A stretch of DNA of 64,000 nt, from contig OZ281501.1 of assembly GCA_965637545.1 (NCBI GenBank), positions 1,798,001 to 1,862,000 of the forward strand, given 5' to 3'. Source of the DNA: Phallusia mammillata (Eukaryota). Numbering within the stretch: position 1 is the first letter of the stretch; each line of letters opens with the position of its first letter. A program made the translations under genes and the position numbers. Shown here one piece after another: positions 36,808-51,431 of the stretch. The notes beneath the pieces were generated by a model that was given only the letters and a program-made list of their open reading frames with translations, was not told the origin of the DNA and did not search any database.

Positions 36808-39800
36808 CTTTAGAAGAAATAAGCAAGTTTATAAACCTAAAAGATATCGAAAAACAGACTAGCTTTAAATCATTGTGTAATAAATCGGCATTTTGATAAC
36901 TCCTTGGCCATTTTGAATTAAGTACAACACTAAACAAGCTATGACACGAATGCAAGCTTAGCAAAATTGACGCTATTGTACTAATTTAAGATCTACTCGT
37001 TTTCAATTTCGTTGTTTTTTATCTACGTGCACACCTGCCGTTAGAGCCGTGCTCCCCCCTGTTTTATTGGTTTAAAAAACTCAGCAAAATTTTGGAAGTT
37101 GTAGTAATAAAATTCGTGTTGTTTAGTGGTAGTTTATTTCAATTCCAAAAACTACTGACTTTAGGCAAACAACCTCTTTTTTCGGTATTCCAAACAGCAA
37201 AATACCCAAAATATAAGCGGAGTTGTTACCGGAGTCGAACGAACTCTAACCCGTACCCGAAAAGAACTGGCCAAATTAACAACCCTGAATTAGAGTACGA
37301 ATAATTACAACCCCCCTATATCGTTTTTTTTTCTTGCCTTGAAAATAACTTTTTTGCCTTGGAATTTTTTTGTCGCTTTTCCTTAAATTTTCAGAATCCG
37401 AAGTATTGTTAAAGGTTCGATAACGTATCATTTAACGTTTTGTAGCACAGATGGGCATCAAACCCACGACAGGCAATAATATCAGAGTAGCACTGCAAGA
37501 GCGACCTGTAGCGGATGTTCACTATAAGATATTTTATCCGTTAAAGCGCACAAGAAAACTTCCTTTGTTTCAATTTGTTTTCTTACATTATTTTTATCTC
37601 AGACATCGGTTGTAGCAGGTGTTTTGAAAGCATTCCTGCGTTTCTAAAAAGCATATTTTTTTCGAAAAAAAATGTTTGGTGTGAAAACAAAACAAACAAA
37701 GTTTGAGAAAAGTTTGTTGGTTACACAAACTTCTTAGTAAAACGGGCTTCTACGTTACAAATTAGAAGGTACAAACCAATAAATTCAAGCGTCCCTATTA
37801 ATTTCCCACCCTCCTCTTCAGGTATACAATACACCTCAACGTTATTACAGTTTGACAGTTAATTGAAATATCAGTATATTTGAGCTAATGTAACCCATGT
37901 GTCTGCTGATGTTTGTTAGTAAGACTAATACACGGTTGGTTGCAAGTTAGACGGCTTAAATCATATGGCGTAACCCACAATTCAATTTTGTTACCTATTG
38001 GTCGCCTGTAAAAGTAAAATCGCCCCGCAACTCGAAAACATGCCACCTTCGCCCCATTGATTGACAAAATCGCCATCGTTAAAGAACCCTGAAAAACCTG
38101 ATACTTGTGACACCATTGCATTGCGACTCATAGAGGACCGTTGTTACGGTAAAAACAATTATTGCTGTCTGGCTTGTCTTTACCATTACCATTATGATGC
38201 AATGTACACGTGAAAACGATTTGTTGCAATTCATTAGAATGCTACTGGTATAAGAACTTGATGTTACCGTACCAAATTAATTGCTGTAAAATTTTGACAC
38301 ATACGACATATTTTGGTGTTAGTTCAGTGTGTTGTCGCATGTTATACAAATAACTTATTGCGCACAAATTTTCCTCAAGTGATGCAATTTTGTGTCATCC
38401 TTAGTAAAATTCCATCCACCCGCCCCTTCCTTTGACCCCGCTTAGAAATACTCGAGGGCCATTGCGCGGGGTGCGGCAATCACGTTTGCAGCATGATTTA
38501 GCAGTTTTGGGGCTGTTGCGATTTTGGGGCTTTTCACCCACGATCCCATGGGTGACATTGGGGCGCTTTTATCCTGTTCGGCATGATTGAGAAGTACGTG
38601 CGACCACGTCGCGTTTCTGTGGTAAACGCTTTTACTTCCGGCGCAATTTCTATTATTATCTCCTCAACGGAAAAATACTATCCAAGCTTTTCCACCGTCC
38701 GTAAGTTTGCCTCCGAACATAAGGGTGACAGGTATATGTGGAAAATGTATGCATTTATCAACTGTGGTAAATATGTGTGGTAATAACTTGGAAATATAGT
38801 GTTTCAAATGTCAGGTTTGCTTCCAAAATGGGTAGTATTGCAAAAGTTTGAACTGAAAACCTGATTTGCAACTACACAAAGGGTTCAATACAAACCAAAA
38901 TTGTGTTTGTTTTATCCTAATTGCATTTTAAAGTTGGTAGTTCCAACCAAACATATGTTGCGTGTTGTGTGATTATTTCTCATACTGCAACAACCGTCAC
39001 AGACAAGTTGATTTAAGTTCAAGCCCCAGTTAACTATGCAACATGAGGGAAGTACCAAGCCATTAATGACGAATGTTGACGTAACGAAAGAGCCCTTGAA
39101 CATACGTCACATTACCACACATAGTTTTGCTATGTTGTTTCAAACCATCGTTTTGTTGTTTCTAAACAAGTCTAGACTAAAGTGACACTGTTCCATACAT
39201 GGGGCCCAAACCCTGAACATGAAACATGAGTTCAATACACTAGAAAATCCATCAAAAACGGTGCTTGTATAAGCAAGACACGCCATTGAAGTAATTCTGT
39301 TACAGGGTGAAAATCCGTATTTATTGGTGTACATGACAACAATGTAGAAAAGTGGTTCTTATTATTGATTACCTAACTACTCCCTTTAAGGATTTTTCAC
39401 CAAAACCCACACTATGATTTTTTACAGAATGTGATAATGCTTATATTTCCATCCAAACGTCAATGTAACAGCCAATTTAGTGTGCAGTCAACCGTTAAAT
39501 TGGTGGTCTTGTTTAGATAAACTCACTTTCACCACCAACTTCATCATATAACAAAGAAAAGCAGATAAATGATAACGGGACTTATCATCGCGGTGTTGGG
39601 TCACAACATATTCTCAATTATAACATTTGCTAAAACATAGGTCCTGGAAACCAATATCTTCGCGACAACAAAATGGCTGTGACCCCCACATTCAGATTAG
39701 AGAACCCTAATCTTTACAGCAGAACCTTAATTTAATCTGTTTTGTCGTCAAAATTAGTCTCAACCAACACATATACAGACTGTGCTTCCTTTGTTAGCAT

Positions 39801-40771
39801 CGTTTTTAGAGCCAGCAAAGTCAAAAAAATAAAAAGGATTTGATCGGTAACATAAAGGGGTGAGAGCTTCTACACTATAACGGTGATTTTGTTCTTCGTG
39901 CAAATAAACATTAAACGTCAAAAACCAGTTTGCCAGAAACTTTTGTTTACATGAACAAGTGTATTTCTGCATTTATTTGACTCAAATACATTCACATGGG
40001 CGTAAATAAAAGTTTGTGGGAAAGGCGCAAGTTGTTTACAACAAAGATGAAAGACAAGTTTGTGTAATGGTGGGTAAAACCATCAAAGTAATGTTTTTGT
40101 TTGGATTTTTGTTTTTGTTTATCCCGTTCGGCATGGTTTGCTTTGTTGTTTCTGATCCTAAAAACACATAAGACGATAATTGTGACTGAGATTTGCTCTT
40201 ATCGTCTTAGTTAAGTAAGGCCAAGCCCTATGTAATGCAACGTAGTTTTTCAATGAAAACCTAATTGCTTTTACAAGAGTTTGCTTGTTTCTTTCAAAGG
40301 AAATTGTAAAGGTCGAATAATCAATCAGTTTTGTTGCTGACTGCTACAAAGGGGGAAGCCAATACCCTTGATGAGGCTAACATTTCGTTGAAACTTGCCT
40401 AGGATTAACTCATTTCACTCAGAAACAACTGTTAAAGAAGCAAACCACTTCCCAAGACGTCAGAACTGGCGTGACAGTGCGTTTTCGGGTCAGAAATTAG
40501 CTGCTATTTGCACTTCGTTGCACACAGAAAAGTTCATGGCTAGCTGCGTTATTATGCAATCTTTAGAATCTCTCCTCTCTGCATTACCTAATAAGGTTCA
40601 GCATCTGCCAAACTCGGCCAGGTTTTGTACGTGGATAATTTTTTAGGGTAATTAGAGAAGATCCGCATGTTAGTATTGTTAAGGTATTCTTAATATTTGA
40701 CCGGACAAGACTGCACTTGACAAGTCCCGTGCATAATTTTTTCTAACAAATTGTTTATGATAAGGTTAAAC

Positions 40772-41684
40772 CAGTGGTTCTTAACCGGGGTTCGGCAACG
40801 CCGAATCAGGGGTTCGACGAAGGTCTTTTTGAAGTACAAATACTCGTTTTACTCGTACAAATAACTTTAGGGTCTATAGTCGCTAAAAACGGAAATTTGT
40901 ATTTGCCAAATATCAAAACACTGGAAGGTTAAACTTAGGCAGGGGTGTTTCAAACTGCTCTAAACAGTTTTGGGGTACTAAAAAGAGTATTACCAGCCTA
41001 ATAACCATATGTGTCATGACTTTTTGTACGTCTATTGTGTGCCAACAATGCGAACAAAACAGGTACCACAAGCATCACTATATACATCATGACATCATAA
41101 ACACTTAAGACTGATCTCGCTGTGCAGCTCAATCTGTGCACCGAGCTAGAAATTAATCTGGGCTTTTGGGGCGCTATTAGATGGTAAATACATGATATAA
41201 TAAAACCAAGTATTTTAAAACATAAATAAGCACGTAAACGGCGGCCGTTGGTGAAATAAGAATCTTCGATGTGGCCGTCCTAGCAAAATGGTTGTGCACA
41301 CCTGCACTAAGGTTTTATTTTCTTTTTTTGACGCATTGTTCGCGTTGTTCGTAAGCACAAACACAACGAAATTTTGTTGGCAGCAAAAACGTATTTCTTC
41401 ATCTTTTTCATGCTTGTGTACAGATGCTAAAAATATAATGCTTCATTTTGGTAAAAACTAAAAATTGCCGGAATTAAAGCAATCATGAAACAAGTTGTTT
41501 GTACTATTATGTCAGAATATAACAAAATGACAAACAGTAACTGTTGCCACTACGTTTGAACAAAAACTAATTATGATCCACCAAAGAAAATGGGTTTGAA
41601 ACCTAGGATGTAGCTTTGGGGTTCGACCAAAGGTTGAAGAATATCGTAAGGCTTCGGCCGTTATAAAAAGGTTAAGAACCACTG
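40772..41684. mobile_element. Non-autonomous hAT-type DNA transposon (913 bp)
   Basis: TIRs CAGTGGTTCTTAACC / GGTTAAGAACCACTG; perfect 8-bp TSD GGTTAAAC. Confidence 0.9.
40940..41304. mobile_element. Probable hAT-type MITE nested in the 40772-41684 element
   Basis: Ends CAGGGGTGTTTCAAAC / GGTTGTGCACACCTG; flanks AACTTAGG and CACTAAGG (6/8 match, degraded TSD). Confidence 0.45.
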
Positions 41685-43889
41685 GGTTAAACGTAATTTA
41701 AAACTTTTAATAAAGTGGCAATAAAAACTTAAAAGTTTGTCTGTCTGCAAGGTAATGTTAAAAAAATTTCGTTTTGCTCTGCGCATTATTTATAAAAATA
41801 ATAGTAACACCATAACTAAAAAGGTATGTTTGAATATTGCATCCAAATAGCATTTATTATACAGCCACGCCGTTATATAACGATAAACGTAATCAGGAAA
41901 TGTGACGGTTTGAAAACCTGTTTTTTTCCGCTGCAGCAGATGAGGTTTATGCTCTTCTGCATTCTCACGACTCTATAGTTGTTATGGCAACACTGTGTTC
42001 GTGCCACAAATTAACCCAAGCCCCGACGTCCATTCAACCGTACATCTCAAATCCGTTTAACCAGGATCCACAGTTTTGCTGAAGTTGCAAAATTTCCACA
42101 AACAGATCAAGGCCTGCATCCATTTTGAACCTGCACCAATACGCCGCATCCCTGCAGCCGACAGCATTAAAACACGAAGTCATTCTGTGCGCTCAGGATG
42201 CGACGCGCATGCCTATTGTGACGTCATACTCGCGACGCGCTCTATTGTGACTCACTGAATGTGTTTAACAACTGTATCTGTATGTGTATTCGGTAACATG
42301 GTATTGCGTCAGGTAGCATTATCTGTTAAGTAAGGTAAATTAACGTTGAGACTGTACTGATTATTAAAAAAATAGATGCTGGATTGAAAAACTCGTTTTA
42401 GTTAAGTGAGAAACAGTATTTTGTTCAGATTTTTTTTACATGTTCTTTGGTTGGTATATTTGTATTTCTGTTACAGTTAATATGTATTTGTTGAAACAAG
42501 GATTTTATTTTCCATCTGTCACGCGAAAAATAACTGAAATCGTAAAAGCAAAGTGGCTTAAAAACTAAATCTGTTTGTAGTATTGCTACAAGAACTAAAA
42601 ATACAAAACAGTTTCAAGTTTTTAGGAGGTGTTAGATCTTAGTCTGTAAAGGCATTGGAGGGTAAGCTAAATCATATACAGTATTTGAACAATAATTAGA
42701 TACTGTTGCCAAAAAGCATGCATTTTACCAAAACCAAGAATTAAAATTCGTATCCTAAAAGTGAATTCCAACTACTGTCTTTCCAATGTCTATTCCGTAA
42801 ACGCCAAGCCTAAAAGCATGCGTTCCTAAGAGGTAAGGTGCTCTGATCTGTTCACATAACGGTGCGAAGCTTGCGTAGTTGCACGAAGCTGCCAAAATGC
42901 CAGCGCGTGGCACTCACAAGTGATTGGGAGTGCAATTATGGCATTGCTGAATAAACAAATACCTGTCACTGTGATGTCTTTGGCCTTGACATATTGCGTA
43001 AGCAAGGGACTACACCAAGTTCTCTGTTGAAAAGTTTAGTCGTAATGGTTTGTTTTTGTCCGTTACAGATCTAAAAAGCACAGAGCAGTATGGAAGTGTT
43101 GACAAGAATATGGTGTAAAAAATAGTAGACGTATTATTGTTGAAAGTTATGAACTCTGTGCATATAGGTGTTTGATCTATAGTTCAGATGTTATTCGTAG
43201 AAGTTTAATCCAGGAATGTTGAGTGGGCCTTGATGAAGTGACGTGTACTTTGATGGGTAAAAGAAGTTGTAGTCAACAAGCATGATTTAACCGAACTGCG
43301 TCGGGACGTTGCAAGCATCTCAAAAGACAACGCAGCTTTTGTGCAGTTCTTTTTTCCAAGAAAAAACTACTGATGCAATTGTGGCTTTTTCTTTATGAAT
43401 GGCAGCTAGTGAGGTATTAGTTTGATAAATAATTATTTGATTTATAATCAGCTGATTATAATCAGCGCTTAAAATTTTAGCGGTGGCACACATGTACGCC
43501 AAAACGTTTTTACTTTAAATCTACTTGTATGGATGTTTATGTCAGATCTCAAACCAAAGTATTAGCAGCACAGTCTCTTATACGTTGTAGATTAAATTAT
43601 AGATGAATTAATAAATACTACTGAAGTTCGCTTCAACTCATGCTACAACAGCGTAGTTATACTAATCAGTTTAATATTTGTTTACCGGTAACACCTACTG
43701 TTTCAGCGCTTAGTCTGTTATCAGATTGTTTATTTTATCGCACGCAGTTTCTGTTTGTCTTTTGTGCGCAATAACTTCTGTACAAATAATGATCATGGCC
43801 CTACGTAGCAAAAACAACAGAGATGCCATGACGACATATCCAATGACGTCACATTTAGCCACTGTTTTTGAGTTTGCGGTCATTTACAT

Positions 43890-44345
43890 CAGTGCTCTTC
43901 AACCTTTTTAGTGACGCGGAACCCTTAAGGTATTTTGTCAAACTTTGCGGAACCCCCATAAAATAATTTTAATGAATGTAATACAAGTAGGCTACATCAA
44001 AGAAAAAAGATGCATACACATCTAAAGCACATCACAAAGGTTGACTTGAATTAAACGGTTAACTGAAACGCATTGCCGTGTTATTTGGATCGGTCGTTTC
44101 TACGTTAATCTCGCAACTTAGCTAGAGTGTAACAAGGTTGTATTTATTACGTCACAATTGATCAATGGTGTAACAAAGGTTAACAATATTGCACAGGCGA
44201 GCATTGCTGTTCGAAACAATGATACTATGAATCATTCGTGTTCGAATTGCTATATACTCCCCGTGCAACCCTTAAAGTTCACGGAACCCCTGAAAGGGTT
44301 GTACGGAACCCTAGGGTTCCGCGAAACCCCGGTTGAAGAGCTCTG
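43890..44345. mobile_element. hAT-type MITE (456 bp)
   Basis: TIRs CAGTGCTCTTCAACC / GGTTGAAGAGCTCTG; TSD ATTTACAT / ATTCACAT; repeated subterminal CGGAACCC motifs. Confidence 0.85.
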
Positions 44346-45172
44346 ATTCACATGAAGTTTCGAGCAATGTAGTAACACAAAATGTAAAATATATATTATA
44401 ACAAGCAAAAATATGTTAGGAAACGAAAATCAATTGATTAGTTTATGCGAAATATTATGAAAAAATCAAACGCTGAAACTAATGTGTATAGCAATCGCAC
44501 GTCTAATACTTATACTAGTTGCATGTAATACCACTTGTGGTGAAATACGGTCATGTAGTGCATGTTACACATAACATCTAAATGGAACAACACTGACACA
44601 ACTTTTTGTTGAACAAATTAGACTGCAGTCATGACTTGGGTCAAAAAAGGCATTTTCGTGCAATTGCTGATTAAAAGTGCATGAAAAGATGGACTCGATT
44701 GGAACGGATTTTATTTACATTAAAGACCTGTTTTAATGTTTAAACATTTGGCACAGAACATGACTTTCTTTATTACAGCATCACATATACACCCAAGTCC
44801 AAACACCCACACAGTACAACGAGATAAATTGTTCAGTCGGAGTTTTACCCAGCGACTTCCTCATTCTATGCTCAGGATTCAGCTTTCATTGACATGATAA
44901 ATTACCTGCTTGCGTTTCATTCTCATGCCATATCCGGAATATAGTTACGTCCTTGTATGGTCTAAGCTTATAGGGCAAACGTTTTGTTGTGATTAAGCAG
45001 TTGTAAGGTATTGTAAGGTATTTGTGTCAATGTTTGCAAATTCAGACTATGGTCAATGTGTTAATCAAAAGTTTTTGCCAGTTAGTTTTGTTTTGTTGGT
45101 TCATGACGGGTTTGTCACGATTTTTGCAGTTTTTGTTCAAAATGGGAATACAATGAGATTCGTATATGATTC

Positions 45173-45250
45173 CAGAGTTGTAAGTCGGGCCGGGTTCGGG
45201 TTAGGTTTCTTCAAAAAAAAAACGGGCTTGATTTAGGCCTGACTTTACAC
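45173..45250 (+). repeat. Fragment of a dispersed MITE-like family (CAGAGTTGTAAGTCGGGCCGGG terminus)
   Basis: Related degenerate copies on the opposite strand at about 28690-28848, 59041-59200 and 59590-59660, with CCCGA/AGCCC motifs. Confidence 0.4.
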
Positions 45251-48200
45251 ACTGTTGAATGTTCCGTTAAAACGCTGTTTGTCCACCGAATTCTGACCAG
45301 ACAAAATGCTTTGATGCAGCAAAGTACTAAAAGGTATCTGCATTCAATGAATCGTGTTGCTTGCAACCTATGCTAATTTTCGTTTGATCGGGTTCGTTGT
45401 TCAGGCAGCGCATAATTTCTATTTACTGAGTGGATTTGTAGCTTTGATCTGTTTCTACTGAACCAGTAATCGCAGCTAAATTGGACCCAGCCAACCCCAA
45501 AACTTGTTCAGCCCAAACCTCTTAACTAGTGATCGATTACTGATTACATGCTCCACGCCTCAAAGAGAAATTTTTCTTTGAACAAAATCATTAGAATTCC
45601 AGCGGTAACAAGCAAGAAGTTGGCATCCAGCCGACGGTGTGTGAACATTTATGGCGTTACTTGGATACGATTAAACCGTTGGTATCTTAAAAAAATGAAT
45701 AAATCCTGCTGTTCCAAATTTCTGCCCCCTAAAACAAAAAATGCAACGTCTTGCGATTAAAGTTATCTTCCATACGTATATGACGTCACAAACATATAAA
45801 GTGACGTCGGTCCACTAACATTGCATTGAAAAGGCTTGGTGATTGCAATTAATGTGGAACGTCGCCTTGTTTTTCGAAAGCATTGTTAAAACTCAATGAC
45901 GTCAGTAGATATAACCCGTTTTATTACGACATAAAAGGACAACCGGAAGTTCGCCGTACCAACAACAAACGTTCTTCCCAGCTTTGCGCCGCAAAAATGC
46001 CCCGAAACGAATTGCCAATTAGCTTTACACTGGCTTACACTACAGCAGCGATTGGAAAATGTTTAAGCCGGGGTTACCCGAGGTCATTGGCGTTTATTCC
46101 GTCACGGCATTGTTATGTCAGGAAAGTCCAGACCTTGGATTTGTTTAAGCAATGCTGCCGCTCTAATACGATTTACGCAGACGGGGTCATATATAATGGA
46201 AGAGGCGGTATAAAACAATGTTGTTAGACTGTGTTGTTAGAACGATCGGCTACAGCGGATATAGAACATGTTAGGGGAAAACGTTGGTCAAATACATTAA
46301 TGCTTATGAGACAAGGTTATTTCAAGGTCAAACATGCAATGTAGATATTCATCTTCGGGCTGGTTGGCCAAAGTACGATCACGCAATTGACGGAAGCTTC
46401 AAAAAAATAAAAACAAACTGAAAGGAAGTTCACTTTGAACCGCCTGATATGGTAATTATCGTGTTGTACAAGAAAGTTCTGCAGTAACGATTGAAGTTTA
46501 AGCAAAGGTCATCCCGCTTTTAGTTCGATTTTGCCGAGAATTCAGTTTTGCAGCAATCAATAGAGCTGTAGGTTTGAGGTTCAGGCCGGTTGACTGGTAA
46601 TCTGACTTGCATTGAACAGAGTGCAGCGATGCCCTTACGAGTCAAAAATATTCATTTTTTTATCTCTTTGTAGACCAATTTTAGTCTTTAACATTAATGA
46701 GATTGTTGCACTTGAATTTGTTTAATTTGTGGCACAAAACATTATTACATTTTCTGACTGGTTTAGTGTTAAAAAATAAATCTAACAGTAGAGTAAAGCG
46801 GTCATTATAATTCTATAGTTCTGTGTGCAACCTTGCAGATGAACAAGTAAATCATGCCTTAATCATACAAATGATAACTTCCGGTCCACGTTTTTTTATA
46901 GATCGTGACGGGTAAGCTAGGTCCTTGTACAGATGTGGCGTCAGTGCCGTGTGAGTCCCGTTTCACTTTTGAGGGTTTAGTCAACATCAGATGATGCGGA
47001 TTGCGTCATTTTTACGTGCGCACCGACACGGGGCTAAATCTAGGGGCAGTGTAAGCAGTGCGTGTTATGCACGTGGTCATTCGATCCATATAAAGAAACA
47101 TTTTTGTAAGTGGGGAATATAGTTAGTTTACACAAAGCTTGAGTATACATAGCGTTTTTGATCAATTGTGTGCATTTTTTGTTCTGAATTTGTGTAGGAT
47201 ATGTTGCAAGCTGTAAGTGTAGATGCTACGAGTTTGCTGCAATGCAACAACGTGTTGGTATGCTGTTTTAGTCTAACATGATTATGACATAATAGAGTGC
47301 CCCTGTTTAGCTCTTCACGCAACTCGATTGACCTATAGTAACCTCTGGTTTCTAAGCACTGATTATATTCTATAATCTATAATAGGAACAAATAGATAGG
47401 ATTGCAAGTGAACGAATCACACTAGGAAAAAGTTACTTAAGCTGTGTATAATAACGAAACTGCAAGGATCAATGGTCAAATTATTATCAGAGGAATCTTG
47501 ATATTTTGCAATATATGTTTTATTCGAAAGACAGTTTGTTAAAAGGGCAGTATTCACGCACCCCGTGTTCTGTTGTTACAGTTGTTGCACTTTAACATGT
47601 TAATTCAGAAATGTTGGAAATAACATGGCAATTAAAATGCCCTCAACCTCAGAGCATGACCAATTAGTGAACTTTCACTGCAGAAAATCGAATTTTTTAA
47701 ATGTCAACTATTTTTTTTATCGTCACAGACTTGAAATTATGACACATTTATATCTGAGTTGTATCAAAAAGCAGGCGTGAACATTACTTAGCAACACCTA
47801 ACCATCCCTTAAAGTTTATGACGTCTGTTTTGCATACGCGGCATTCCTGTCGTGTATTAGAAATCCAAATGTGGTTTAAAATTCCCCCGGTAGTCACAAC
47901 AGAAGCAAAGGAGAAAATAACCCTCTCGGTGCAACAAGTAACCGTGACCTACAAATTTAACCACACTATAAGGAGTACAATATAATGCTCCTTTTTGGTC
48001 TAAATTATTTTGCTTGTTAAGATGGTGATTAAAAAAATATGTTTTAATTAAAGTTTGGAATGTAACAAAATGGCGATTTTGTTTTGCATAATCTAGTTTA
48101 AATGATTTCCTGCTATGCATAAAATCTTCAGGAAGCTTTCACCCCTTGCTGGGTTCATTTGGAAGGCGTTCTGTAATAGACATTTGCTTTCGAAGATATG

Positions 48201-51200
48201 CGCTGTCTAATTAAAGTTTTCAATTAGATTCTATACCGCGAATGGCCGTCGGCAAATCACCTGCATCTAATCGTGTGCAACCATGCATGTCGTGCACGTG
48301 ACCCTGGAACCGGTCCTGTTGTTATGACGAGTAATACGAGCTAGAGTGCGGAGGCTTAAATGTTGATGCGTATTTAGGAGTATAAGAGGTTAAGTTCCAA
48401 GGCCTGTTTTCGAGTTACTTGCAGAAACAACTTGAACCAGGCCTAGTGTTAAATATGCTTGCAGGCTCGGATGTTGTTTACAGCCCATCAGGAATAAACT
48501 ATCCGCAGGTTTGTTGGGTGTGATTGTGTTTCGTTGCAATTTTGCTGCAGTGCGTGCGAAGGCATTTTCAAAGCGTTGTCTTCAGGAGATTGTGCTCTAT
48601 ACTGTTTAAGAGAACTTTCCATACCTGCACTTATCCGTTAAAATACATTAATACCTTTCTACAGTTTTTGTGCTTTAGCAATTATGAACGATAAAAGCGA
48701 CTATTACCAGTTCGTCCAGACCCTCATGAAACATTTTCTCCTTGTAGCAGAATTTTTTTTACCTAAACATACTAAGATTAAATCTCTGCTTAAAGCAAAA
48801 GTGGCTAACAGTCAATTGTTACATGTGAGTGTGACGTAACAATAGCTCTAGAACGTAACTAAATAGAACATTTGTGGATTTTGTTCGACCGTTTAACTTC
48901 CAAATTAGCGCACATGGTATTTGTTTGCGGTTGGTATTTAAACAATTTGAGACGAACATTGATTTATCTTCAAGGATTGTAAAGATGCTACTGCAAGTGT
49001 GTTTCACGCAACCTGTATTACTTTATGGCCTCACGTGTTTTTTCTTAATCTTCTAAGTCAGGGGTTCACAATCTGTAAACGTTGCAGATGCAAACTGGTG
49101 TGGCCGTGTACGTTAAAGAATAGAAACGTTTTTGAAAAGTATTTGACTTCGGAAAGGATTTGAAAGCACGTTTCTGTTCAAAAAGAATAAGACTTCTTTT
49201 ATAATTTAGACCAAGTAGGCGTACGTATCCAGCTGCAAGGCATTTTGATTAGGCTCTCACTGGTTAAAGGTTGGCGGCCTTTAGTGAAATAAGAAGCAGT
49301 CGGGTAGCACGCAATAGAGAAATATTGTGCTGTTCTAAGTTGTACATCATTATCAGATAGCATTTGTGTGAACTTGTTCTGGTACTGAGTGAACGAGTAC
49401 TTGAAGTATATTAATGACAAACAACTAAACTAAACAGGGCGTTTAATTTCTCAGAAATGCCGCAACAAAATAAATTATTTCCTTTTATGTTGAACGTTAC
49501 AGTCTTACACGCGTAGGGGGTAATTTCCTGAGCCACGTCGTTAAAAGTAACTCATTTCACAACCACAGTAATATCAGCATAATATCAAACATTACATCTA
49601 AACTAAACTCTAAACACGTTCAGAAAAATGCCAAGTGCACTTACGTATGATTGCATCAGCACAAATTCTACAGCAACTTGACCTTGAATAGAAGAACAAA
49701 ATTTTGTTAACAAAATTGTTTTACACAATTTTTTCAACAAACGTCGCCGGTGTATTGAGAAAAGCACAGTTCGTAGTTTAAGACTTGTTTTGTCGTGTCA
49801 TTATGACACAGCATAATCATTGCCACAATATCAACGAAGTGGTGGATAGAACTTTGCACGTACACCAAGCAAACACAGGACAAAAAGGTTACTTGCCAAA
49901 ATTCTTGTTGTCATGATTAACACGCTTTTTGCCGTCCAACTGTACCAAACATATTGCCCTTTGCTTTTCGGTACTTTAGGCAAGGTGTGAATGAAACAGA
50001 ACAAAAAGGTATTTTAGCGTTATTTTGACTCAGACGCTATGTCATATAATGACATTTGACGTATTGCAGCAAAACCGCCATGTATAAAATTCCAAGTCAG
50101 CGCTAAACTTATAGTTTTAACAAACGTTTCCAGTTACGAATAATATAAAAGTGATTAATGTTTTGTGTCATATATACGTTTGCATCGCTATGCAAATATG
50201 CGCTGTTGGGTGACATAGCTGCGTAAACTTGAAAACGAAAAAACGAATTTTTTCAAAAGTCATTTTGTTAATATTTTACACATGGCGTTATATAACGTAA
50301 ACTTTAAACACGTTTACTAGAGCTGATATGTCAACTTTAGAATACTTTGCGTGAACGCGTGGCATGGGAACTAAATGTGTTTATTAATTTAGTGCATTTA
50401 AGCAATTGTAGTTTCAGTTTGGCACCGTTTTACCTGTCGTATTTGCATTATATAGTATAATTCAGGTTTGTGAAACTATAACTTATATGTTGTAAAACAT
50501 TTTCAGCAGTTCTAGTTGATTTTCCATAGCTTGAGCCATAAGCATGTTTTGTAAGGCGAAACTTATTAAACGGTCAAACAAGTATTTTTCAAACTGATGT
50601 TGACCAGACTTTTCGTGATATAAGTCAGTAAACAAGACCCTAGCTTACAGATTTAAGTAATTTCGTTTTGGAATTTGAGGCACATTAGCAGTGTAAGCCT
50701 CTGACACGAGAAAAAGTCCTCAGTATTGTTTCACAGACGTGAGAGTTGATCCGCAGTTGCTTGTACTATGTTTCACGCCTGAAGCGGGTTCCTAAACTAG
50801 ATTCGTGCAGTCAACCGTCTATAGCGGTTGTTGGTAAGATTAGGTTTAGGACTGTTCAAAAAAGAGTTGATTTATGTTCATCCCTTTCATTAATGAATAA
50901 GAAGTATTTTGTTCTGTCACGGATTTCTACACAAAGCTTGTTTAAAAAGTGTTTTTGTGGTAAAGTTGTGTTAGAAGATAGGCACAACTAGAAAGCTCTT
51001 TATTTGCTGGGAAAATCAATTGGTTTTTGCCAGTCGCTTTCCATTACCACCAACCAAACAACGCATAGTGGCTGAAGCAAATGTAAATGTCTGTGTGATA
51101 ATTACCTATTATAATAGGTCAGAAACAGTTTGTCATAACGAGGCAATTTTGCAATCTCTTACATCTGGCTATGGACGTGCCAGATAAGCCCTACAGCAAA

Positions 51201-51251
51201 GTCAAAGACTTTTCTATGAAAGTCTATTGCCGTGTTATAACCAGGTGTAAC

Positions 51252-51431
51252 CAGTGGTGGGATTCAGCCGGTTCGCACCGGTTCTATCGAACCGTCTCAC
51301 GAAATTTTATGAGATCAGCGAACCGGTTAGCAATACTGTTTACTGTCAATGGACTTTTTGTGACAAAAACCTTGTGAAAAAATATGACTTTTGTGATAGA
51401 ACCGGCTGACCAAAAAATTGAAATCCCACCA
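51252..51431. mobile_element. hAT-like MITE with an eroded right terminus
   Basis: CAGTGGTGGGATTC...AATCCCACCA; repeated AACCGG/CCGGTT subterminal motifs; TSD not recoverable. Confidence 0.65.
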
